64,000 bases of DNA, from positions 63,848-127,847 of the forward strand of contig JAKITI010000004.1 in the NCBI GenBank assembly GCA_021648145.1, written 5' to 3'. This document shows positions 21,582 through 30,784 of this stretch, piece after piece. Below the pieces are notes generated by a model. The model searched no databases and was not told the origin of the DNA. It was given only the letters and a program-made list of their open reading frames with translations. Source of the DNA: Gammaproteobacteria bacterium (lineage in GTDB: Bacteria; Pseudomonadota; Gammaproteobacteria; JAADGQ01). Position numbers and translations under genes: made by a program. The number at the start of each line of letters is the position of its first letter. Within the stretch, counting starts at the first letter, position 1.

Positions 21582-22298
21582 TCAAGAAATAGTGCAAAAA
21601 TCTTTCATATATTTTCGGCTGACGGGGATGATCGCACCGCTAACGGTGTGAATCTCTCCTAAACCATTTTCCTGCTTTGTGATCATTTTTATACAGTCTG
21701 GATCGACTAAATGTTGTCGGTAACATCGTACTAATGGAGTATTTTCTTCAAGCACTTTTAAAGAAAGGTCGGTATGAAATTCCTCGCAATTTTTGCCCGT
21801 AACAATATGCACTCCCGTAGTAGTAGTGGAGAATGCACGACAGACATCTTTGACATTGATGAGATAGTTGCAACCATCTTTGTAGCAGGGAATAAATTGC
21901 ATGGTTGTAGATAAGATTTTTACGATATCAGGCTGTGGTCGATAGTCCTCTTTAAGACGCTCTAATGTGATGTTTAAACGATCTGTTTTTACAGGTTTTA
22001 ATAAAAAGTCGATAGCATTTTTTTCAAATGCTTCGATTGCATATTCAGGGTAAGCGGTGACAAAAACAATGCGTGGCATGTCATCTTTATCCAGCATGCG
22101 AAGCATCTCTATGCCTGATATTTTGGGCATGATGATATCAAGAAAAACAACATTCGGGCGCTTGCTGTTGATCTCTTTAATTGCTTCGAATGCATTGGCG
22201 CATTTACCCACGATGTTAAAATCAGGGTCTGCCCCGATCTTTTCTTCCAGATCATCACGCGCGTGAGGTTCATCATCAACAATGAGGGCATTAATCAT
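21582..22298 (-). CDS. LytTR-family response regulator (receiver plus LytTR DNA-binding domain)
   Basis: 238 aa with a receiver domain (ALIVDDEPHARDDL...VVFLDIIMP) and a C-terminal LytTR domain. It overlaps the lytS stop by 4 nt. Confidence 0.85.
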   Translation of the reverse strand: MINALIVDDEPHARDDLEEKIGADPDFNIVGKCANAFEAIKEINSKRPNVVFLDIIMPKISGIEMLRMLDKDDMPRIVFVTAYPEYAIEAFEKNAIDFLLKPVKTDRLNITLERLKEDYRPQPDIVKILSTTMQFIPCYKDGCNYLINVKDVCRAFSTTTTGVHIVTGKNCEEFHTDLSLKVLEENTPLVRCYRQHLVDPDCIKMITKQENGLGEIHTVSGAIIPVSRKYMKDFCTIS

Positions 22299-22301
22299 CT
22301 T

Positions 22302-24110
22302 TTACTCCTTATTATATGGCAGGCGGATATTGACTTGAGTCCACTGCTCCGGTTCACATGAAATAGTAATTCCATAATCCTGACCGTAGCGTATTTTAAT
22401 CCGTTCATCTATTTTCAGTCCGATTCCATGCGGGCTGTTTTTTATATACAGACCCGCATTATCTTCGACGGTCAAGGTCAGCTTATCACTATTTGTCGCA
22501 CAGCTGATCTTGATTACGCCTGTGCCAAGTAATTCACTTGTGCCATGTTTTATGGCATTTTCAACAATCGGTTGTAACGTAAAAACAGGAATCACTTGAT
22601 CAAATAAATACTCTGGAATATCAATATGAATTTGCAAGCGGTCTTCAAAACGTGCTTTTTCTATTGCGAGATAAGATTTGATATGTTCCAGCTCGGATCG
22701 AAGCGTGATGGTATCATCAGATGTTTCCAGGCTTTTTCTGAAAAAATCCGATAAATGATGCAATAAATCACGCGCTCTTTCGGGTTGTTTTTTTGTGATA
22801 TGGCTGATGGTTGCGAGTGCATTATAGAGGAAATGCGGATTGACTTGCGCAGTTAATAGCTTGTATTGGTCTTCAATGCGTAATTCTCGTTGGCGTTCAT
22901 AACGACCGGCGAGAATCTTGCTGGACAGAAGCTCAGCAATATTTTCACCCAGCTTTCTATTAATGTTACGAAATAGTTTATTTTTAGGTTCATATAGCCT
23001 GATGGTACCAATCACCTGATTGTAAACATCATCTTTGAGAGGAATAATCAATACCGAACCCAATCCACAGAACGCTTCGCGTCTGCACTGATAGTTTCGC
23101 CTGAATATCACTTTATTATTCTTAATTGCCTCCAGAGTATCTTCTGAAGCAATGAGTGAGCCGGGTATGTGATGATCATCCCCCAAGCCAGTAAATGCGA
23201 GTAGCCTTTTTTTATCGGTAATGGCGACAGCACCTACTTGGGTTTCCTGTTGTATGATTTCAGTAATTTGCTTGCTGGATTCTGGGTTAAATCGAGTAAA
23301 TATGATGCTTGCGGTTTTCTCTGCAATTTGCCATGCCGTCGTGCTGCTGCGGAGTGTGTCACAAGCACGTTTTTGTTCCTTGATCATATACATGATCAAT
23401 GCTACACCTGCAGAGTTAGCAATTAACATCGGCGGCGCAATCTCCTTAATCAAAACCCAAGTCTTGGATATTTCGTTAAAAAATAGTCCGAATAGTAAAA
23501 TAATTAACATGTGTCCCAGCACGGCAATCAGGGTGACTAAAAAGACAGCTCTAGGAGAAAATAGACGCTCCATTCGGCCGCGATGTGATAAGTAGTAGTG
23601 TACAAAACCTGCTAGAAGTCCTTCGAATGTGGTGGCCACCGCACAGGCGATATCAATATAGTGAATAGGGTCCGTCGGTGATGACATGTACCAAACTCGA
23701 TGAATTCCCCCAGTGAACCCGACAAAAAAGCCAACGACAGGGCCACCCAATAGTCCACCGAGTACCGCCCCAATGGCTCTGGTGTTGGCTATTGCACTCT
23801 CTGATTCAAATGATTGCTCGCTTAGAAATGTTCCCAGAATACAAAAACCGGAAAATACCAGATAGATAACAATTTTATCTGGTAGAGAGAGCGTGTTGTT
23901 GACCAGGTCAGTAAACACAGGTGTTTTGGTGAATAAATAAGCTAAACCTAAAAACACGAGAACGTGCAGCAATAAAGGAGTGATGTGTTCTAAAAATAGA
24001 AGGTCTTGCATGAGTGTTTCGCTGTTATAAAAATATTTATACGACAGATTAACACAAGAAAAAAATCCACTCAGATGATATGGCTGCCACTTAGAAGCTA
24101 TATCAACCAC
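22302..24110 (-). CDS. LytS/BtsS-type sensor histidine kinase (5TM-Lyt plus GAF plus His_kinase plus HATPase)
   Basis: It has an N-terminal multi-TM 5TMR-LYT region, a GAF-like middle, the His_kinase motif NPHFLYNALATISHI and an ATPase domain. The real start is probably MQDLLFLEHI near 24011. The track start at 24110 would overlap the regulatory box. Confidence 0.85.
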   Translation of the reverse strand: MVDIASKWQPYHLSGFFSCVNLSYKYFYNSETLMQDLLFLEHITPLLLHVLVFLGLAYLFTKTPVFTDLVNNTLSLPDKIVIYLVFSGFCILGTFLSEQSFESESAIANTRAIGAVLGGLLGGPVVGFFVGFTGGIHRVWYMSSPTDPIHYIDIACAVATTFEGLLAGFVHYYLSHRGRMERLFSPRAVFLVTLIAVLGHMLIILLFGLFFNEISKTWVLIKEIAPPMLIANSAGVALIMYMIKEQKRACDTLRSSTTAWQIAEKTASIIFTRFNPESSKQITEIIQQETQVGAVAITDKKRLLAFTGLGDDHHIPGSLIASEDTLEAIKNNKVIFRRNYQCRREAFCGLGSVLIIPLKDDVYNQVIGTIRLYEPKNKLFRNINRKLGENIAELLSSKILAGRYERQRELRIEDQYKLLTAQVNPHFLYNALATISHITKKQPERARDLLHHLSDFFRKSLETSDDTITLRSELEHIKSYLAIEKARFEDRLQIHIDIPEYLFDQVIPVFTLQPIVENAIKHGTSELLGTGVIKISCATNSDKLTLTVEDNAGLYIKNSPHGIGLKIDERIKIRYGQDYGITISCEPEQWTQVNIRLPYNKE

Positions 24111-24112
24111 TC
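24085..24112 (+). promoter_or_regulatory. LytTR-type direct-repeat box (GCCACTTA-N12-ACCACTCA), copy 1 of a ~130-bp conserved promoter module
   Basis: It lies in the divergent lytS / lipoprotein intergenic region. The flanks aaaaatatttatacgacagattaacaca...ccactcagatg and cctgatttgt are conserved in the other copies. Confidence 0.5.
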
Positions 24113-24153
24113 ACCTGATTTGTACTTTCTCAGTAATTGATGAGCGTTATATT

Positions 24154-25089
24154 GTGGGTAAGACCAGTTGTTTGACTGTCGTGTGCGAAGTAATTTCGCT
24201 TAATTTTTTTGATAAGGGAAATGTAATGAAAAAACTATTGTGGTGTATGTTTGCTATTTTTTTAACACTATTGAGTGCGTGTGGTGGTGACGGTGTTACC
24301 GAACCCAACGAACCAAAAATTACAAGTTTTCGTGCGGATAAAAACAGCATCATAGCTGGAACAGGAGTCAACTTAACACCTATTTTTTCTGATGGTACTG
24401 GGTCCATTGATAACGGTATAGGTCAAGTTACATCTGGCATCTCTGTCTTAGTAACCCCCGACTCTACAACAAAGTACACCTTAACGGTGAAAAATTCTGA
24501 TGGAAAATCAGTAATGTCAACTACTACCGTTAGGGTTAGTGAACCACCTAACTTACTAGAAAAGCTCGCTGGAAAGGTGAGGTTTGATTATACAGTGAAC
24601 TCGTTTCTCTTTAGTACCACTGCAAATCTTTCCAGCATAGTCTTTAATGGAGAGAAGTATCTTTTTGATAGAGTAACAAGTACCGCTTGCCTCCTTTTTG
24701 AATCACCTTCATTTGAATACTTTTGTATGAAAACAAACACCTCGGGCTCAAAAGATGTTTTTGTATTTGACATGACATCTGACACAAAAGGGGCGGGGCA
24801 ATATGAGTTTTGTCGAAGCAACGAATCAGACGAAGAGTGTGCTTTAGGGATTATGAGTCCAGATGGAGACGTTAAAGTCACCGTAATAAGTAGCTCACCT
24901 AATAGACAGTTAGAGTTAGTGATACCAACAAATTTTGAGTATATCTATAATGATGTAGAGATATACAAGCAAGGCAGTGATATGGACTCTTACTCAGAGA
25001 CTACTGTGCTGAATAGTGATAGTAAGCAAGTTGATACATTAAGTGAACGTATTGAAGCACTTCAACAAATAATCAGAGGTCATTTATGA
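24154..25089 (+). CDS. lipoprotein of unknown function
   Basis: The likely start is MKKLLWCMFAIFLTLLSACGGDG at 24226, with a lipobox LLSAC. The protein is Ser/Thr-rich and looks secreted. Confidence 0.55.
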   Translation: MGKTSCLTVVCEVISLNFFDKGNVMKKLLWCMFAIFLTLLSACGGDGVTEPNEPKITSFRADKNSIIAGTGVNLTPIFSDGTGSIDNGIGQVTSGISVLVTPDSTTKYTLTVKNSDGKSVMSTTTVRVSEPPNLLEKLAGKVRFDYTVNSFLFSTTANLSSIVFNGEKYLFDRVTSTACLLFESPSFEYFCMKTNTSGSKDVFVFDMTSDTKGAGQYEFCRSNESDEECALGIMSPDGDVKVTVISSSPNRQLELVIPTNFEYIYNDVEIYKQGSDMDSYSETTVLNSDSKQVDTLSERIEALQQIIRGHL

Positions 25090-25410
25090 AGTTTAATGAA
25101 GAAGAAAAAGCAAAATTACTGAGCCTCAATGGAGTGGGATCTACGGTGATTAAGCGATTTGAAGAAATAGGAATTAGTTCATTTAAAGAACTGAGTAAAT
25201 ATAGCGTCGATGAGGTTGCGAATAGAGTGGCGGACATGCTTGGAACGACTTGTTGGAAGAATAGTCCACAAGCACGAGCAGCCATAAAATCCGCATTAGA
25301 ACTGGCCAAAAAGGGATAAATAGTTAAGAGGCTGTCTGGTTAAAATGGTATCAGCTGAAAAGGTCTGGCCGGTCACACCACAAGGAAGTCACTTTTGCTC
25401 TGGTTGCCAG
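25000..25410 (+). repeat. ~410-bp duplicated segment, copy A (3' end of the lipoprotein gene, the HhH gene and a downstream spacer)
   Basis: About 85-90% identical to 30785..31200 when compared by eye. Example: ...aagtgaacgtattgaagcacttcaacaaataatcagaggtcatttatgaag aligns with ...aagtgaacgtattgaaacactttagcaaataatcagaggttatttatgaag. Confidence 0.6.
25086..25319 (+). CDS. small helix-hairpin-helix DNA-binding protein (Cdd1/PF11731-like)
   Basis: 77 aa with an HhH motif LNGVGSTVIKRFEEIGISSFKEL. A near-identical copy lies at 30874..31107. Confidence 0.55.
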   Translation: MKFNEEEKAKLLSLNGVGSTVIKRFEEIGISSFKELSKYSVDEVANRVADMLGTTCWKNSPQARAAIKSALELAKKG

Positions 25411-25614
25411 GCTCCTGTGCGGGCAATCCATACCGAACATGAATTTACTTGCCTTATGCTATTGTTTTCATTGCCAATAATTTTCGCTTCACTTGAGCGG
25501 CTCACAATTACAAGCCTCTGGCTTTGCCTGAGGAATTTGGCTTGTAGATATGACAACTATAATGACACAGGGGATGGATGCAGCTCTTGTAAAATCCATT
25601 TAGCACGAGTGACG

Positions 25615-25642
25615 ACCACTTAGAAGCTATATCAACCACTCA
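25615..25642 (+). promoter_or_regulatory. LytTR-type direct-repeat box (ACCACTTA-N12-ACCACTCA), copy 2
   Basis: About 155 bp upstream of the S8 peptidase start. It is followed by the conserved module tail cctagtttgtgcttttccagtcatag...tattgtttgtaaagg. Confidence 0.5.
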
Positions 25643-25766
25643 CCTAGTTTGTGCTTTTCCAGTCATAGTGAAGACTCTATTGTTTGTAAAGGCTCAGAGT
25701 TACATTCAATGCGTAGCGATGGCAAATCTGGTATTAATAGCCAGCGACTTCAATATGATATGAAAA

Positions 25767-27620
25767 ATGAAAGCCAACATATGGACAGCAATAAAAATGA
25801 AAGCAGTTATTCCATTGTTTATAACAATAATTTTTATCTCGGGTTGTGGAAGTGGGGCGGAGCCACCTCCACCTGTTAGTTATACAATTACAGTCAAGGC
25901 AGGCGTGGGGGGAGCAATTTCATCAACAACAGACCTTGATCGTGTTAATGACCCAGTTCGTTTTGATGTGCGCCCGAACAGAAGCTATACCATTGATACC
26001 ATAAGTGGTTGCGGGGGTTCGCTATCAGGCCCTACTCGATTAGGTGAATATTCTTATACGACACAGACACTCACAGCGGATTGCACAATTAATATTTCAT
26101 TTAAAGCTTTAGGTGACCCACTGTATTCTGACCAGTGGCATCTAAAAAACATAGGGCAGGCAGGGAGTGATAAAAACCCCGGAAAAGTGGGGGAAGATAT
26201 TAATGTTGAGGCTGTGTGGAACGGTTGTCAGGAAAATTCATGCCGAGGTGAAGGGGTGCGTATTGTTATCGTTGATGATGGCCTGGAAATTGGGCATGAA
26301 GATTTAAAGGCGAATGTGGTGTTGGGTAAAAGTTACGATTATATTGACAACGATACTGACCCATCGCCATCAGTTACAGAGCCAAGTGATGAAGCCATAC
26401 ATGGTACCAGTGTTGCGGGTATTATCGCTGCACGAGATTCGAATGGAGTCGGTGTCGTCGGTGTTGCGCCGCGTGCAGAGTTGGTTAGTTATAACTATTT
26501 AAATGCACAAACCGTAATGAATGAAAGTGATGCGATGACTCGGGATGCAGCACAAAATCATGTTTCCAACAATAGCTGGGGAACAGTTGACGGTACGGGA
26601 TGGCTTATGGATTCTCCCGCAGTATGGCGTACCGCTATAGATACTGGCCATCGTATTGGGCGGCATGGCTTGGGAACCATTTACGTTTGGGCGGCAGGTA
26701 ATGGTTATATCGGAAGTTTTTTGGGCAGACCATTCATAGCAGATAATTCAAATTATGATGGTTATGCGAATTATCGAGGCGTGATTGCAGTGGGTTCAGT
26801 GACAAATTCAGGAAAGAGCTCTTCTTATAGTGAGCAAGGTGCAAACCTGTTAATCAGTGCGCCGGGGGGTGAATTTTGTGATACACATGCAATTGTGACA
26901 ACCGATATCACTGGAGCGAATGGTTATAATTCAGGTTCGTCAAATAATGACTATGACGATAGTAACTATACCGCTTGTTTTGGAAGCACTTCCGCTGCAG
27001 CGCCAATGGTATCCGGTGTTGCAGCCTTGATATTGCAGGCCAATCCTCGTTTGGGTTGGCGTGATGTGCACGCTATTTTAGCACGCAGTGCCAGAAAAAA
27101 TAATCCGTCCCAATCAGATTGGAAAACAAATGGAGCAGGGCTCTCTATCAATCACAACTATGGTTTTGGTGTGGTGGATGCACAGGCGGCTGTTTTATTG
27201 GCAAAAAAATGGGTGAATTTACCGTCGGAGAAAAAATATTCAACTGCTAAAAAGGATGTCAATATAAGCATTGGTGATAATGATGATACTTCTGTTGGCT
27301 CGACCTTGAATGTGGTTTCAAGTGGTATTAATAATATTGAGTTTATTGAAATTACATTCAGGGCAGATGACCATGCTTACTCGGGTGACCTGGAAATCAT
27401 ACTGCTCAATCAGACGACAGGCACGACCAGTCGTTTAGCAGAGAAGCATGAGTGTGGTGGCTTGTTCGGTTGTATTTTGCCTTATAAAAATTGGCGTTTT
27501 GGTTCAACACGCCACCTTGGTGAAAGCGCAGATGGCGATTGGCAGCTCATCGTTAAAGATAAGGCTGATGGTGATACAGGAACATTTCAGTCATGGAAGC
27601 TGACTTTTTATGGAACTTAG
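25767..27620 (+). CDS. subtilisin/kexin-like serine peptidase (S8) with a C-terminal P-domain (proprotein-convertase type), lipoprotein
   Basis: The likely start is MKAVIPLFITIIFISGC (lipobox) at 25797. The catalytic triad regions are VIVDDGLE, HGTSVAGIIAA and GTSAAAPMVSGVAAL. The C-terminal P-domain ends DWQLIVKDKADGDTGTFQSWKLTFYG. Confidence 0.85.
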   Translation: MKANIWTAIKMKAVIPLFITIIFISGCGSGAEPPPPVSYTITVKAGVGGAISSTTDLDRVNDPVRFDVRPNRSYTIDTISGCGGSLSGPTRLGEYSYTTQTLTADCTINISFKALGDPLYSDQWHLKNIGQAGSDKNPGKVGEDINVEAVWNGCQENSCRGEGVRIVIVDDGLEIGHEDLKANVVLGKSYDYIDNDTDPSPSVTEPSDEAIHGTSVAGIIAARDSNGVGVVGVAPRAELVSYNYLNAQTVMNESDAMTRDAAQNHVSNNSWGTVDGTGWLMDSPAVWRTAIDTGHRIGRHGLGTIYVWAAGNGYIGSFLGRPFIADNSNYDGYANYRGVIAVGSVTNSGKSSSYSEQGANLLISAPGGEFCDTHAIVTTDITGANGYNSGSSNNDYDDSNYTACFGSTSAAAPMVSGVAALILQANPRLGWRDVHAILARSARKNNPSQSDWKTNGAGLSINHNYGFGVVDAQAAVLLAKKWVNLPSEKKYSTAKKDVNISIGDNDDTSVGSTLNVVSSGINNIEFIEITFRADDHAYSGDLEIILLNQTTGTTSRLAEKHECGGLFGCILPYKNWRFGSTRHLGESADGDWQLIVKDKADGDTGTFQSWKLTFYGT

Positions 27621-27652
27621 AAACGGTCACAAAATTTCAGGATGGTTTTATT

Positions 27653-28285
27653 ATGAATAAAATATTATTACGTCAATGTGTCTTCGTCAGTATGGTCATA
27701 GGGTTGGCGGTATTTCAGGTAAGCTGGGCGATGAGTTCAAAGCCTGACGTTAATGCTAAACAACTGGTAGAGCCAGCTCACTATTTTTGGTATGACGGAG
27801 ATGAAAAACGATCCGTTTGGGTGAACCCAAAATTAATGGTTGAATTTAAGTTGCAGCCCGAGACGAGCACTCAACTACAATTACGTTACGCGGCAAAAGA
27901 GATTGATGTACCGTCATCTTTTGTTCGCCTTTGGGAAATTGAAAGTGATCTGTCAACCAAAGCTGTTGCTAGAAGTTTGAATAAAGATGTGGGTAGCCAG
28001 CTCTCTCCTGTATTGCATGATAGTGCGTCAATCTCTGGAGCCAAAAGAGCGTTGCCTGGAAATGTTTTGGTTCAAATGAGAGCTGATTGGAGCATGGGGC
28101 AAATAGAGTCCTGGTTTGAAATGCATGATTTAATCATGATTAAATCTTTAACTTTTGCGGAAAATTCATTTTTGATCAGATCAAATCCGGGGTTGGACGC
28201 ACTGAATACGGCAAACCGAATTTACGAAACAGGTGACGTAGTATTGGCTTCACCTGATTGGTGGCAGGAAATGGTTGCTAGGTAA
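27653..28285 (+). CDS. secreted protein co-transcribed with the S8 peptidase (possible cognate chaperone, ASP/ORF2-like arrangement)
   Basis: The track ORF starts at 27593 but the signal peptide MNKILLRQCVFVSMVIGLAVFQVSWA begins at 27653. There is no detectable catalytic motif. It follows the protease with a 30-nt gap. Confidence 0.45.
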   Translation: MNKILLRQCVFVSMVIGLAVFQVSWAMSSKPDVNAKQLVEPAHYFWYDGDEKRSVWVNPKLMVEFKLQPETSTQLQLRYAAKEIDVPSSFVRLWEIESDLSTKAVARSLNKDVGSQLSPVLHDSASISGAKRALPGNVLVQMRADWSMGQIESWFEMHDLIMIKSLTFAENSFLIRSNPGLDALNTANRIYETGDVVLASPDWWQEMVAR

Positions 28286-28355
28286 ATTCAGATCTTTACT
28301 TATTATTAATTAACAAAATAGTTTTTTCTCCAATTTAAAAATATGGAAATTTATC

Positions 28356-29900
28356 ATGCATAAAAAAAAGTATTGGCTGCTTGCTCTAGTCATTTTGTTT
28401 ATATGTCTATTTATATCAAACCAAGCCTTTGCTGCTGAGAGCGCAGGTTTCGGAGAAGCGCTTGATAGATGGTTTGGAGTGTTAGTCGGTTATATTGCTG
28501 CCGTTTCATTTTTTGATCTGCTTTTTTTCAGCGATGATTACAAACTCCCCTTCGCCGTTGCATGGCTCATTGTCGGTGCTGTTTTTTTCACATTCCGTAT
28601 GGGGTTTATTAACGTAAGAGCCTTCACTCATGCGATTCAATGTGTTCGCGGGCGTTATGACAATCCAAACGATGTCGGTGAAACCAGCCACTTTCAAGCG
28701 CTGACAACTGCACTTTCTGCGACTGTCGGTTTAGGCAATATTGCCGGTGTTGCAATCGCCATCAGTATCGGTGGGCCAGGCGCTACATTCTGGATGATTG
28801 TGGCCGGTTTTTTAGGAATGACGGCTAAATTCACTGAGTGTACTTTGGCGCAGATGTATCGAAAAGTTCGCCCTGATGGTCATATCATGGGGGGGGCTAT
28901 GGAATATTTAAGTCAGGGACTGGCTGAAATGGGCTGGGCCAGGTTAGGTAAAGTGCTGGCCGTGTTGTTTTGTATTCTATGTATTTTGGGCTCTTTCGGT
29001 GGCGGCAATGCTTTTCAAGTTAATCAATCACTCGGAATCATCCAGCAGCATATTCCCTTGTTAGAGAGCAGTCCCTGGATTTTTGGGCTATTTATGATGG
29101 TATTAGTTGGTGCAGTTATTATTGGTGGAATTAAGCGTATTGCCCATGTGACTGAAGCCATTGTACCTACAATGTGTGCTATCTATGTAGCCGCCTGCCT
29201 CTGGGTTATCTTAACCAATATGCCTGAAATTCCTGCAGCATTTTCACTGATTTTTACGGGTGCTTTTTCACCTGAAGCTGGGTTGGGCGGTATCATCGGT
29301 GTTTTGATTATTGGCTTTCAACGTGCCGCATTTTCCAATGAAGCTGGCATTGGCTCAGCAGCCATCGCTCACTCAACCGCAAAAACAAAATATCCAGTGC
29401 GTGAGGGTATTGTTTCACTGCTTGAGCCTTTTATTGATACCATCATTATCTGCACAATGACTGCTTTAGTCATCATTATTACGGGTGTTTACAATAGCCC
29501 TGAAACGGCTGAATTGGTTGCAAATAGACAAGGTGCAGCGTTAACCAGTGTTGCTTTTGGCAGTGCCATTTCATGGTTTCCTATCATACTGAGCATATGT
29601 GTCACTCTATTTGCTTTCAGTACAATGATCGCTTGGTCTTTTTATGGTGAGCGTTGCTGGTCATACCTATTTGGTGATCAATCCTCCATTATTTATAAAT
29701 TATTGTTTTTATTGTTTGTTTTATTAGGCTCCGTGGTCAGCGCCCCTAATGTTTTAGATTTCAGTGATTTAATGATTTTACTCATGGCAATTCCTAATCT
29801 GATTGGCCTCTATTTTCTGCATGGGAAAGTAAAAATAGCACTGCGTAGTTATATGAAAAAATTAAAGAGTGGTGAATTTGAAAAAGAGCGTCAGCATTGA
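28356..29900 (+). CDS. alanine/glycine:cation symporter (AGCS family)
   Basis: 514 aa with about 11 TM helices and AGCS hallmark blocks GLGNIAGVAIAISIGGPGATFWMIVAGFLGMTAKFTEC and QRAAFSNEAGIGSAAIAHS. Confidence 0.85.
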   Translation: MHKKKYWLLALVILFICLFISNQAFAAESAGFGEALDRWFGVLVGYIAAVSFFDLLFFSDDYKLPFAVAWLIVGAVFFTFRMGFINVRAFTHAIQCVRGRYDNPNDVGETSHFQALTTALSATVGLGNIAGVAIAISIGGPGATFWMIVAGFLGMTAKFTECTLAQMYRKVRPDGHIMGGAMEYLSQGLAEMGWARLGKVLAVLFCILCILGSFGGGNAFQVNQSLGIIQQHIPLLESSPWIFGLFMMVLVGAVIIGGIKRIAHVTEAIVPTMCAIYVAACLWVILTNMPEIPAAFSLIFTGAFSPEAGLGGIIGVLIIGFQRAAFSNEAGIGSAAIAHSTAKTKYPVREGIVSLLEPFIDTIIICTMTALVIIITGVYNSPETAELVANRQGAALTSVAFGSAISWFPIILSICVTLFAFSTMIAWSFYGERCWSYLFGDQSSIIYKLLFLLFVLLGSVVSAPNVLDFSDLMILLMAIPNLIGLYFLHGKVKIALRSYMKKLKSGEFEKERQH

Positions 29901-29940
29901 GCTGACAACTTGTTTTTGTTATTTGGGCTGGTACGGAAAA

Positions 29941-30063
29941 TTCATTTTTAATCAGCCTAAATCTGAGGTTGGATGCACCGCAGACAGCGAACCAAACTTA
30001 TGAAACAGGTGACGTGGTATTGGTTTCAGAGAATTGGTGGCAAGGTGATTTTATGTGGATAGA
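29941..30063 (+). pseudogene. diverged duplicate of the 3' end of the 27653..28285 gene (gene fragment)
   Basis: About 80% identical to 28165..28285. It would encode ...TANQTYETGDVVLVSENWWQ, compare ...TANRIYETGDVVLASPDWWQ. Together with the original it flanks the AGCS gene as a direct repeat. Confidence 0.45.
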
Positions 30064-30101
30064 TTAACAAAGTAAAAAAACCCCACTCAGATGGAATAAC
30101 T

Positions 30102-30129
30102 GCCACTTAGAAGCTATATCAACCACTCA
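30102..30129 (+). promoter_or_regulatory. LytTR-type direct-repeat box (GCCACTTA-N12-ACCACTCA), copy 3
   Basis: About 140 bp upstream of the 30271 ORF. The full module is present: ccccactcagatggaataactgccacttagaagctatatcaaccactcacctgatttgtgcttttccagtcatga.... Confidence 0.5.
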
Positions 30130-30270
30130 CCTGATTTGTGCTTTTCCAGTCATGATTAAGACGATATTGTTTGTAAAGGATCATGGTTACATTCAATACG
30201 AAACAACAAAAAATTAGTTAAGAAGAGCATAAGTGATCAATATAAAACCGATAATGCACCCGAAATAATA

Positions 30271-30774
30271 TTGGATAGGGTTCGTTCTTGGATTCTTGAA
30301 GATAGCGAAGTTAAGCCGTCTGATTATGATTTTAAGGGTGAGCATTTGCTTGATATACGTCGGGCGTATCAAAGTGCATGTCTTTTATATGGTGCTAGTC
30401 CAGCAGATTGGTTCAGTGACATAAAGTTTTTAAAGTTTTCGGAAAATGACCTCGCCAATTGTTCAGATACCGCGCCCGATCAAACTATAGGTTGGAAAAA
30501 AGTGCTTGAGCCATATAAATTGTCCGAAGGTACGTCTAATAATGTTGAGATAATATATGGTGAAGGGTCGATGAAAAATCAAATGATGGCAACGGGTATA
30601 CTTGAAGAATTTGCTGAAACGGTCAAGCAGTTTAATTGGCCTGAACCTATTATAATTCATTTTGATCATTGTGATAGAGGAGCTTCGTGGAGTCGGGAGA
30701 AGCGTAGAATTATGCTTTGTGATGATTATGTTTCTAGGTTTATTCGTCAAGGCGAAGCTATTCAGTCGAATTAA
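30271..30774 (+). CDS. hypothetical protein (possible metal-binding motif HFDHCD)
   Basis: 167 aa with no confident family assignment from sequence alone. Confidence 0.4.
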   Translation: MDRVRSWILEDSEVKPSDYDFKGEHLLDIRRAYQSACLLYGASPADWFSDIKFLKFSENDLANCSDTAPDQTIGWKKVLEPYKLSEGTSNNVEIIYGEGSMKNQMMATGILEEFAETVKQFNWPEPIIIHFDHCDRGASWSREKRRIMLCDDYVSRFIRQGEAIQSN

Positions 30775-30784
30775 TTTTAACTGG

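Noticed and set aside
25073-25309. A 78-aa minus-strand ORF, with its twin at 30861..31097.
   Set aside because: It is the mirror-image antisense ORF of the HhH gene in the duplicated segment. The + strand product has a recognisable HhH motif and RBS context, and the minus-strand product has neither.
25345-25623. 92-aa Cys-rich ORF downstream of the first HhH gene.
   Set aside because: It lies in the spacer part of the duplicated segment. The corresponding region of copy B is not open, and there is no RBS, so it is probably non-coding.
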